This document shows, in pieces, positions 49,201 through 56,174 of a stretch of DNA of 64,000 nucleotides. Positions within the stretch are counted from its first letter, which is position 1. Each line of letters starts with the position of its first letter. This DNA comes from a virus (Duplodnaviria; Heunggongvirae; Uroviricota; Caudoviricetes): IMG/VR virus record IMGVR_UViG_3300010162_000009, one strand, 5' to 3'. A program made the translations under genes and the position numbers. The notes beneath the pieces were generated by a model. The model was not told the origin of the DNA and made no database searches. It worked only from the letters and a program-made list of their open reading frames with translations.

Positions 49201-50005
49201 TATCAACCTTACCACCCTGTGTGTTAATCGCTGTCCACACGTCACTTAAATCCACGTTTGCGCTAAATTCCTTCCACTGGAAGTCAAAACGATAAAATGC
49301 GGTGTCACTATTTCTGTTATGCCATAAATCACCCAATGTTTCTGATACAGTCGGTTTGTTCACGCCTTCAATACCGTAGGTGGTGTTCGCCACAGAAGAC
49401 CATTCACCATCTTGAATTACATAACATGACCAGAATGTGTCAGCAACCAAATTTGACATGGTTTCTTGATTGTTAACATACCATAATGTTCCGTCACCGT
49501 ACATTTTATCTTCAGGGTTGTTACTCGGAGGTGTCTCCGACACCACCCCACGAAACGTAAAGAAACTGCTTCCCATTATGGACAACATTGTTTCCACCCA
49601 TGATTTTCCGGTGGTTTCTGTCCATTTTGTATTTACTTGTGATTGTAAATTGTTAAGACTTTCTTGTGTTGCGGCATTGTCTGCTTTAGCACCTTGTGCT
49701 GAAGTTGCAAACCCTTCGCTTCTGTCTTTAAATTCGTTAAAACTTGTTTGAGTCGGAGCACTATCTGCTTTAGCACCTTGAGCAGCAGTTGCAAACGCTG
49801 AAGCGTCTTGTAACGCTGTATCTGCTTTTGCACCTTGAGCAGCAGTTGCAAACTGCGATGGATCAATTTCTGGAACGTCTATATTATCTGGTATTGTGTC
49901 TACCATTTCAACAAGCACGTCTTGCAGCACGTTACCAGTAATTGCTTTGCTACTATTTTTGTATATCTTACCTTTGATATACGTTTTTAATTGATTTAGT
50001 GTCAT
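43235..50005 (-). CDS. Giant fibre or structural protein, 2256 aa. N-terminal ~290-aa module shared with 25623-28742, followed by about 45 tandem ~42-aa beta-propeller-like repeats (consensus TTRTVTLPTNMQRRTSQIFNGKLYIP...GTTLEIFDLVTE).
   Basis: Uninterrupted ORF. Repeats visible in the translation and at DNA level. Repeat pattern resembles YVTN/NHL-type propeller blades. Confidence 0.8.
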   Translation of the reverse strand: MTLNQLKTYIKGKIYKNSSKAITGNVLQDVLVEMVDTIPDNIDVPEIDPSQFATAAQGAKADTALQDASAFATAAQGAKADSAPTQTSFNEFKDRSEGFATSAQGAKADNAATQESLNNLQSQVNTKWTETTGKSWVETMLSIMGSSFFTFRGVVSETPPSNNPEDKMYGDGTLWYVNNQETMSNLVADTFWSCYVIQDGEWSSVANTTYGIEGVNKPTVSETLGDLWHNRNSDTAFYRFDFQWKEFSANVDLSDVWTAINTQGGKVDTAVQTISIGGEFVPKVGTELQLPEYPEVPEIEIMLGDEPVQKITNSEWISLEDLITDTEILPSSVTRRTNQIYNGKLYIPEDSGDTLDIFDLTTKTTRTVTLPTNMMRFTSQIYNGNLYLPEHSGTTLEIFDLTTETTRTVTLQPANRYESQIYDGKLYMMGGVDTTLEIFDLTTETTRTVTLSTGMQRRTSQIYYGELYMPEFGGTTLEIFNLTTETTRTVTLPTSMDRPTSQIYNGNLYMVGPNNVNIEIFNFATEITRVLPILSNVERYTSQIFNGKLYIPQDWYTTLEVFDLATEEVHVETLPADIGRYTSQIYNGKLYIPPSLDDTLEIITLATADTNIIFKLPAYEEIDTTQFATADQGNKSDSSIQSAVIYSKEEIETIEVNSIEMGSATQIYNGKLYIPTYNNIEIFDLTSKRSIVTLPTTNMSRLISQIFNGKLYIPGSGSATLEIFDLVSETTRTVTLPTNMWRRTSQIFNGKLYILGSGSATLEIFDFLTETTRTVALPTSMERITSQIYNGKLYMPQWNGNTLEIFDLVSETTRTVILPTSMQRRTSQIYNGKLYIPGDWNTTLEIFDLTAETTHTVTLPTSSMTRSTSQIFNGKLYIPQDNGNTLEIFDLVSETTRTVMLPTSMQRHTSHIFNGKLYMPQGNGNTLEIFSITTSIEKNGTELVFPAYPEITAFIGKDNTEIFKIPVVLNRFTSQIYNEKLYIPEGWGTRMDIFDIKTKEFYNISLPTSDMGRATSQIYDDKLYMLGLNQNIIEIFDFVTETTRTVSLPDGWNSRRTSQIFNGKLYIRRSNNNGLDIFDLTTEETRTVSLTMVKHMLNTSQIFDGKLYMMSGESNDKTVEIFDLTTEEVRYVTLPTNITYETFKIYNGKLYVPENNGTNMVIFDLTTEEIRTIKLPILTDRFICNILNGKLYIPSGYGSNLEIFDFATEKTRVVTLPVDSYRDSSFHIHEGKLYIPENLGEGNLEVYDINIEVEKVGDVLYFPPYPKVPEIDEAKLEKIDTAVQFASIGEESIEIIETIELPTEFQRLGSQIYNGKLYLLCSVVLEIFDLSSKTMRTVDLNGTIGRLTSHIYNDKLYIPSVMYQMIEVFDLKTEEVSMIGLPSLSDMMTNKLTSFLYNEKLYIPESSGVKLEVVDLNTEETRYITLPTDVLRYTGQLYDGKLYIPSSGYTTMEIFDLTTEEMRTVELPTDMLRYTSQIYDDKLYIPQEQGTTLEIFDLVTETTRTVTLPTNMNRPGSQIYKGKLYMAGNSILEIFDLVTETTHVVRFSRNMQRSIIQIFDEKIYIPENFGKNLEIFNIVGNNVKKIGDKLVFPPYTSVKIGTETGRPVTLPTNMQRRTSQIFNGNLYMSGNWNTTLEIFDLVTETTRTVTLPTSMGRITNQIFNRKLYMPRDNGTTLEIFDLVTETTRTVTLPTNMQRQTSQIFNGKLYLPQYSGTTLEIFDLVTETTRTVTLPTNMWRRTSQIFNGKLYMPRDGSNTLEIFDLIAETTRTVTLPTNMQRQTSQIFNGKLYLPQHNGTALEIFDLVSETTRMVELPTNMGRQTSHIFDGKLYIPDGGNILEIFDLVTEEEYTATLSTSVWKATCQFFNGKLYMPQDGGTALEIFDLGIPVEKVGNEFILPVYPDIPKIMLGGQEVEKVNNEIRFPAYPNIKITNGEETTRTVTLPTNMQRQTSQIFNGKLYIPSDWNTTLDIFDLVTETTRTVTVPNMGRKTSQIFNEKLYIPGTGGTTLEIFDLVRETTRTVTLPTDMERDTSQIFNEKLYIPGTGGTTLEIFDLVTETTRTVTLPTNMWRYTSQIFNGKLYMLQGGGGATIEIFDLVTETGRAITLPASRQRWISQIFNGKLYMPQHSGSALDIFDLEEETTRTVTLPTHMQRFTCQIFNGKLYMPQSGGGATLEIFDLVTETTRTTTIPANITRNTSQIYNGKLYMPRSSGTTLDIFTISLPVLALGDSIKIKLGPGFTVDKDGAIYLGNDSQ
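43300..49100 (-). repeat. Long array of ~126-129 bp intragenic tandem repeats with high DNA-level similarity.
   Basis: Recurrent accgtgcgagtagtttctgttaccaaatcaaaaatctcaagggtggtacc units across roughly 5.8 kb. Confidence 0.8.
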
Positions 50006-50020
50006 ATTTTTATGTGTTAA

Positions 50021-51832
50021 TTATTTGATTATTCCTAATACCTTATCAACTTTTTCAAAGATGATTTTCTTTTTATTGTCTACTGTTAATATATCGGCGT
50101 TTTCCATATATTGTCTTAAATTTGTAAAATCTTTATCCACCCAAGCACCTGGTGTTGAGGGGTCTGTGACCATATCCCAGCAAAGAAGTTCAAAATCATC
50201 TCCAACAATACCTATATTATTTTTTCCGGATTCTACTGAACCAACACCTCTTGAAGACACACCCATTTTAAGTCTATTGAAATAAATATTATTTGCAATA
50301 ATATCTCCGGGCGTGGAACAGATACCGTGTTTAACATATGCTGGTGATATTAATAATTCAAAATCACCTACCACAGTTTTTCCTTCCCACCAAAGTTTTA
50401 AAATATTCATGGAAATACCTTTGGTTGATATGATGGAACTCTCCGGGTGGTCTGAGTTATTAGTCCAGTGTGTCTTTCCATTACACATACAATACCATGT
50501 ATGATTTTTAACTTTAACACACATTACTTTACCCACATATTTTTCTTTTGTTATAGATAAATTTTTGTAAATGGATATGAATTTATTTAATGATTTATAA
50601 GTGAAAAACATATTACTACAATTTTCACCTTTTATTAATCTATCACCTATATATCTATCATATTTTCTATCTTCTTCTTTAAATGTTCCTGAATACCCTA
50701 TTTTTAATTGTATTTCATTTAAATCTAATACCAACCGTTTAGATGTTGAAAAAACATCATTTGAATTTACTCTTTTTCTACCATCACCTAAAACAAACCA
50801 ATCATATAATATGGTTAATAACTCTTTTGATAAGTTTTTTATTTCAAAAGGAATATATTTATCATAACATATACCTAATTTTGATAAGTATGTATGAAGT
50901 CGCGCATCGGTGATAAGAAATACGTTTTTTTCTCCTTCTTTACCACATTTAGTAAATGGTAAACCAAGTTCATTTAACATTGTTTCTATTTCATCAATTA
51001 CTTCTTTCTTTTTTTGGTGAATATAAATTCCATATCCTCTATTTTTTTCATTTCTTTTTGATGCGCTACCTTCTGAAAGATATATACCCATAAATGCCAT
51101 AAATGGTTTTATTGGTAATACAAGATCTTCATTTAATTGTTTTCTAAAATTTTCAGATATATTAAAGTGAGGTTCCTTATTCAATTTAGGTATAATAAAA
51201 AATTCTTCGTCAGTTTTTTTCATCCATTTTCCTTGTTTTAAAAAATGACAATGATTTTGATCTGGTATCATACTATCATACAAATCTTGTGCTGAAAAAT
51301 TTCCTTTATATTTATGGTATCTATCCCATATTGGATAATTGTGATTAGGTGTAACAAGATCGTTGATATGCCTACCTTTTATTCTAATCATATCACCATT
51401 ATGATCAAACACAGGTTTTTCTTCAATAGGATTTATTTCTATTTCCTCTGTTTCAGTGTTGAGTGTTAAAATATTTTCACCAACTTCAACATCTTCAAGT
51501 GTTTTCCAACCGGTTTCGGTTAATATCATTGTATCAGGTGTATAACATTCTCCATATGCTCTTCTTTCTCTGATTTTTACGTTATATTTTTCTACTTCTC
51601 GTTCCAATATTCTTCTAGGATATATTCTACCGTTGGCATTTGGGGTATCGCATTTTTGAAAAACAGCATGTAATACATAAGGAAATGGAATATACCATTC
51701 TTCACTTACCTTACCTTCAAATAACATCTTATCTTCTTTTGGGAGAACATATCCATCATTTTCAAATAGAAATCCGTATCCGTATTTTCCACGTTTTACC
51801 TCTTGTAAATTCTGAACATCTTTTACTTTCAT
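50021..51832 (-). CDS. Prohead core protease (T4 gp21-like) interrupted by an intein. The spliced host protein would be ~239 aa.
   Basis: Exteins: GRIYPRRILEREVEKY..RAYGE / SDHPESS...GVSSRGVGSV. These match the gp21 blocks (KRLYPKRILEKAVKDY...LGELNHP...GVSSRGLGSL) as I recall them. ATAAATAG 19 bp upstream. Confidence 0.8.
   Translation of the reverse strand: MKVKDVQNLQEVKRGKYGYGFLFENDGYVLPKEDKMLFEGKVSEEWYIPFPYVLHAVFQKCDTPNANGRIYPRRILEREVEKYNVKIRERRAYGECYTPDTMILTETGWKTLEDVEVGENILTLNTETEEIEINPIEEKPVFDHNGDMIRIKGRHINDLVTPNHNYPIWDRYHKYKGNFSAQDLYDSMIPDQNHCHFLKQGKWMKKTDEEFFIIPKLNKEPHFNISENFRKQLNEDLVLPIKPFMAFMGIYLSEGSASKRNEKNRGYGIYIHQKKKEVIDEIETMLNELGLPFTKCGKEGEKNVFLITDARLHTYLSKLGICYDKYIPFEIKNLSKELLTILYDWFVLGDGRKRVNSNDVFSTSKRLVLDLNEIQLKIGYSGTFKEEDRKYDRYIGDRLIKGENCSNMFFTYKSLNKFISIYKNLSITKEKYVGKVMCVKVKNHTWYCMCNGKTHWTNNSDHPESSIISTKGISMNILKLWWEGKTVVGDFELLISPAYVKHGICSTPGDIIANNIYFNRLKMGVSSRGVGSVESGKNNIGIVGDDFELLCWDMVTDPSTPGAWVDKDFTNLRQYMENADILTVDNKKKIIFEKVDKVLGIIK
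50456..51547 (-). mobile_element. Intein (~364 aa) with a LAGLIDADG homing-endonuclease domain, inserted between GE and SDHP of the protease.
   Basis: Block A CYTPDTMILTETG; block B TPNHNY; LAGLIDADG-like FMGIYLSEGSAS and WFVLGDGRKR; C-terminal ...THWTNN followed by a Ser +1 residue. Confidence 0.75.
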
Positions 51833-51850
51833 TATAAAAAATATTTTAAT

Positions 51851-51858
51851 ATAAATAG
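51851..51858 (-). promoter_or_regulatory. ATAAATAG motif upstream of the protease-fibre operon.
   Basis: Exact motif. Confidence 0.5.
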
Positions 51859-52073
51859 GATAAATTGTATCTTTCTAACATGTTTAACGTATAATTTAAT
51901 AAATCACATGGTCATGGTAAAAGAAGTTTTAGAATTAGTTTTTGAAAATTGGTGGAAAATCTGTTTGATAGTAATATCATTCGGAGCGTCATTTGGTGTT
52001 TATAGGATCTTCAGAAGAATATCCGAATACGATTACAGACGAAAATAATTAATAAAATTTAAAAAATTGAAAA

Positions 52074-52643
52074 ATGAATGTAAGCAATGAAGTCACATTG
52101 TTATGTGAAGGTGTATCAGTTACCCCATATTCGGGTAGTAAGTTTGAGGTGGTTTTAACCAACCCTAAATCTCAAAGTCCAAATGTTTATATCAAGGAAG
52201 ATGAAAGATTTAAAAATCCATTATATCATATTGATATATATGATGTGATAGAATATTATGGTGAAGAAAAGTTATTAGACGAGATAGACACAGATTCTCG
52301 CACAGCAGTTAACCATTACGGTATCTACAATGTTTTAGAAAACATAGAAGTAAACGATGTAATCGAACATTATGGTGAGAGTGCTATTCTTGAAAAATTA
52401 GGAATAGATGATGTTATTACGAATAAAAATAAAATAACAGATGGGAGATTATTGTTTGATGATAAAACATTTTATACAAGACTTCTATCTCATTTAACTA
52501 CGTGTAAAGCACATTGTCCAATAGGTGAGGATGAACTTCAATATCTTAGGCGAGTCGCTGAAAAACTTCAAAGTTTTCAAATAGAAACGGTTGATAGAGG
52601 TAGCGAAGAATATCGCTATTTGAAGAATTTGGATTTGGTATAA
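52074..52643 (+). CDS. Hypothetical protein with internal DVIE(Y/H)YGE repeats, 189 aa.
   Basis: ORF track. Confidence 0.5.
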   Translation: MNVSNEVTLLCEGVSVTPYSGSKFEVVLTNPKSQSPNVYIKEDERFKNPLYHIDIYDVIEYYGEEKLLDEIDTDSRTAVNHYGIYNVLENIEVNDVIEHYGESAILEKLGIDDVITNKNKITDGRLLFDDKTFYTRLLSHLTTCKAHCPIGEDELQYLRRVAEKLQSFQIETVDRGSEEYRYLKNLDLV

Positions 52644-52689
52644 CGCTACTAATAGGAAGTTAGTGCATTAGAGAACTTTGAAAAACTTG

Positions 52690-52697
52690 CTATTTAT
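52690..52697 (+). promoter_or_regulatory. CTATTTAT motif 21 bp upstream of 52718-54622.
   Basis: Exact motif on the plus strand. Confidence 0.45.
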
Positions 52698-52717
52698 TAT
52701 TGAAAATTAATTAAATT

Positions 52718-54622
52718 ATGTGTAATATGAAAAAGTTTTTTTTATTAAGTTTAGTGGTTTTAGTGATTTCTTTCATGGGTTGTAAACCGGAAGAGTTTCC
52801 TGAGATTATTTATGAAGACTCTGTTGTTTTATTAGACGGAGCATTGATTCTAAACAACGCACCTGTTGATGTAATGGTAACTCGAAAAAACCAGTTGATA
52901 GGTAGTAGATTAAAAGGTATGGTTGCAACCGCCAATGAATACAGGTGGAAATTGGTTGCTGAAATGGGTACATTAGCGGTAGTTGATGACCGAGATAGGA
53001 GCGGTAGAACAGTTAGAAACGCACAAGCAACTCACGTAAAGTTTTCCAGTGGAAATGGACAGGGTTCAGTGTTTGTGTCGTATAATAATAAAGGTACACC
53101 AAATATTGGTGGAGTTGTTATCTTTGATTATTTTGTAAAAGAAGGATCTATTGAATCGGTTAGCGTTGATTTAGACGCAACAAGTGTTCTTAGAATGCCC
53201 AGAGCACAAATCAATGCTGTGGATTACGACCCTGTAATGAATAGATTGTATATGGTTGGTGCCAATGAAGACACACGCACAGGATACAAAGGAGACGCAA
53301 ACCTATCATTTGTTATGGTTATGGATTTGGATCCGGGCACAGGAAAATTCATGTTGAAAGATCCTGTGTTTATGAAACAACTCACATCGTATCAAGCAAC
53401 CTCTGTTAAAAAGTTCGGTGATAAAGTATATGTTACTGTTGGTGACGGTACAAAAAGTACTCAAGGCGGTTTATATATATTTAATGAATCGGACAACTTT
53501 AAACAAGTCGGTCAAATATTGAGATTAGAACATGCAAGAAGCGTTGACGTTGATGAATCAGGCATCTATGTTTTCCAAGCAAATTCAAGTAAGGTTACAA
53601 GATATAATTTAGACGGAAGTGGTGGAACAGTAATATTCTTTGATTCAGAGAGGGCATTACAAAAAGACGCAAAGAGCGAATTACTTGTTTGGAAAGATCT
53701 TGTATTTGTTACCGAAAACGAAGCGGGTATGACCATGTTGGATAAATCCAATGGAAGAGTATTACTTCAATTGGAAAGACCAGGTGACTGTCCTGAAAAT
53801 GAGGTTATGAATAGTATTTCGATTAACTCTGATAAGAAGAGAGCAGCAAGTGGTGAATTAGTTCAATCAGATTTACTGTTAATTGCCAGCGGACAATCAG
53901 GAATGATATGGTACGACATAGTAAAAGATGAAACAGGTCAAACAAGGTTGATGGTGAAAGGTGTTAATAGTATTCTTGAAAACGAAAACAGCGTTAACTA
54001 TGTTGAATCTCGTGGAAACATCGCATTTGTTGCTGACGGTTTAGGTGGGTTGAGAGTATTATATCTGTTGGGTAAAGAAAGTGATGATAATATTTGTCCT
54101 GACGGTACAAAATTCTATACGTTCTTAAAAGACAACGGTAACGACCACGGTAATCCATATACAAGAAAGGTAGGTGATGTATTTGTTCAAGCAGAAGGTG
54201 ATAATTTGGTTGTGTATATTTTCAGTATTGCGCAATTACCAGATGGTTTCGTATATGTTGATGCTGACGGAGTTGCAAATCCAAACGTAAAAACCGTTGA
54301 TTTGAAATACGCAGGTGTTATGTTCGGACCAAGTCTGAAACACTTTGAAGATATTAACCTGTTAAGAGGTAATGGAAATATGAACAACGGTGTTATGAAC
54401 AATTATAACTATCAATATCGTGAATATATTCCTGGTGGCGTTAAATTTACATTCCCAATGGATAGCGAAGCACTTAAAAATGGAACAAATTTAATGGTTG
54501 TTTATAGCGGAAACGGAGCATGGGGTTATGGCGACCCTAACGGTCCAAGCGGTTCCACAGGAACAGGAGCACACAACAACGGACAAATTATTACACTTGG
54601 CGACATTGTTTATTGTCAATGA
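52718..54622 (+). CDS. Large lipoprotein (lipobox SFMGC), 634 aa, beta-rich; candidate virion or surface protein.
   Basis: Signal peptide plus Cys; Gly-rich C-terminus; late-type promoter motif. Confidence 0.55.
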   Translation: MCNMKKFFLLSLVVLVISFMGCKPEEFPEIIYEDSVVLLDGALILNNAPVDVMVTRKNQLIGSRLKGMVATANEYRWKLVAEMGTLAVVDDRDRSGRTVRNAQATHVKFSSGNGQGSVFVSYNNKGTPNIGGVVIFDYFVKEGSIESVSVDLDATSVLRMPRAQINAVDYDPVMNRLYMVGANEDTRTGYKGDANLSFVMVMDLDPGTGKFMLKDPVFMKQLTSYQATSVKKFGDKVYVTVGDGTKSTQGGLYIFNESDNFKQVGQILRLEHARSVDVDESGIYVFQANSSKVTRYNLDGSGGTVIFFDSERALQKDAKSELLVWKDLVFVTENEAGMTMLDKSNGRVLLQLERPGDCPENEVMNSISINSDKKRAASGELVQSDLLLIASGQSGMIWYDIVKDETGQTRLMVKGVNSILENENSVNYVESRGNIAFVADGLGGLRVLYLLGKESDDNICPDGTKFYTFLKDNGNDHGNPYTRKVGDVFVQAEGDNLVVYIFSIAQLPDGFVYVDADGVANPNVKTVDLKYAGVMFGPSLKHFEDINLLRGNGNMNNGVMNNYNYQYREYIPGGVKFTFPMDSEALKNGTNLMVVYSGNGAWGYGDPNGPSGSTGTGAHNNGQIITLGDIVYCQ

Positions 54623-54644
54623 TAGCGTTTAATACAAAAATTAG

Positions 54645-54676
54645 AACCACAGATTTTCCTCTGTGGTTTTTTTTAT
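54645..54676 (+). terminator. Rho-independent terminator (aaccacag-attttcct-ctgtggtt followed by a T8 run).
   Basis: Perfect 8-bp stem followed by a T-run. Confidence 0.7.
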
Positions 54677-54715
54677 GTATGTTTATGATAATATAAAAAT
54701 TTTAAATAAAATATA

Positions 54716-55648
54716 ATGGAACAACAATATTTGGATATGATGCGACGTATCCTCGATATGGGTGATTACAAAAGCGCAGCAAGGGAGAATTTACCGGGAA
54801 CAAAAGAGATATTTGTTCAAATGATTAGACACGATTTACAGAAAGGATTTCCGTTGCTTACAACGAGAGAAATGCCCATTAGAGGAACATTTGAAGAACT
54901 GAAATGGTTTTTGAAAGGGAGTACAGATGTTAGAGAACTTATTCGTAATAAGTGCAACTTTTGGAGTGAAGATGTGTATAAATTCAATAAGAAAGGATAT
55001 GACAAATTTCCCGATTATGATCTTTGGTTGGAAGTAATAAAAAACACTGAAACAGAATCTTCACATACGGATGCTGGTGAATTATACGGAAAACTGTGGC
55101 GAAACTTCAATGGTGATACTGACCAAATATGTAATTTAGTCAATAGGATATTGAAAGAACCAAATTCTCGTTATCAAATAGTATCGGCATGGAATCCTTC
55201 GGTAGTATCTCGTGGTTTAAGCGCATTACCTTCTTGTCATATGATATGGCAAACAAATGTAAGAGAAGGAAAATATTTGGATTTGGTTATGATGCAAAGA
55301 TCATGTGATATTCCTATCGGTGTACCGGTTAATATTGCAAGTTACGCTTTATTAATCCACATATTATGCTTAATATTACCATACTATCCTGGTGAACTTA
55401 TATGGATAGGTAACAGCGCACATATCTACGAAAATCAGTTTGAAACATGTGAAGAACAGTTAAGTAGAACACCAAGAGAATTACCACAACTTAATATAAA
55501 ACTACGTCCATACATTCAAAATACTTGGGTATCAGAAGAACTAACAGATTTTTTTGATTCATTAAGGTTTGAAGATATTGAACTTATCAATTACAATCCT
55601 CACCCAAAACTCAAATACACTTTTTCAAGTGGGTTAATCAAAAAATAA
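54716..55648 (+). CDS. thyA: Thymidylate synthase (ThyA-type).
   Basis: Active-site LPSCH; QRSCDIPIGVPVNIASYALL with the Asp and Asn typical of dUMP-specific enzymes; YGKLWR. Confidence 0.85.
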   Translation: MEQQYLDMMRRILDMGDYKSAARENLPGTKEIFVQMIRHDLQKGFPLLTTREMPIRGTFEELKWFLKGSTDVRELIRNKCNFWSEDVYKFNKKGYDKFPDYDLWLEVIKNTETESSHTDAGELYGKLWRNFNGDTDQICNLVNRILKEPNSRYQIVSAWNPSVVSRGLSALPSCHMIWQTNVREGKYLDLVMMQRSCDIPIGVPVNIASYALLIHILCLILPYYPGELIWIGNSAHIYENQFETCEEQLSRTPRELPQLNIKLRPYIQNTWVSEELTDFFDSLRFEDIELINYNPHPKLKYTFSSGLIKK

Positions 55649-55649
55649 C

Positions 55650-56126
55650 ATGTTAGAAAAGTTAACATTTAAATATCCTAAAGAATTTCCCATTAAGTTA
55701 GGAGATAGGTTTGTAGTTGGTTGCTGTTTTTGGCAACAACCCGGTTGGACAGAATCTCATCCAGGTATTGTTTTCTCACCGGTGTTACAATATCGTGAAG
55801 TAAATAGCGCAGAGAGTTTAATAGAAGATACACTTATTGATGCCGTAGTACATTCTACATTAGAGTCAGATGATGATATTATAGATGTTAATGAGAATCT
55901 TAGTTGGGCGGGAACTTCATTAAAAACATTAGAACGTAGAATTAAAAACTCCATTGAAAGTTTTAGATTGTATCCTGAAAAGTGTAAATTATTATACGAA
56001 AACAGGTATTCAGAAATAATTGTTCAAGAAGTAGAAATCATCGACATACATGATAATGAAAATGATCGTGAGGTATTAGATTGGAAAATCATTGAAGAAT
56101 TAGTTATTAAACCATATAACACATAA
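55650..56126 (+). CDS. Hypothetical protein, 158 aa.
   Basis: ORF track; ATGTTAG overlap with thyA. Confidence 0.5.
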   Translation: MLEKLTFKYPKEFPIKLGDRFVVGCCFWQQPGWTESHPGIVFSPVLQYREVNSAESLIEDTLIDAVVHSTLESDDDIIDVNENLSWAGTSLKTLERRIKNSIESFRLYPEKCKLLYENRYSEIIVQEVEIIDIHDNENDREVLDWKIIEELVIKPYNT

Positions 56127-56157
56127 AAAAAGAGAGGATTTTTTCCTCTCTTTTCAA
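56127..56157. terminator. Bidirectional terminator (aagagagga-ttttt-tcctctctt).
   Basis: Perfect 9-bp stem with flanking A and T runs between convergent genes. Confidence 0.7.
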
Positions 56158-56174
56158 TTACACATCCATCGGGA

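Noticed and set aside
44144-49866. Several 60-90-aa ORFs inside the giant fibre gene (e.g. 44940-45149, 47652-47894, 49633-49866).
   Set aside because: Repeat-derived shadow ORFs. The 6.8-kb frame is uninterrupted and clearly the real one.
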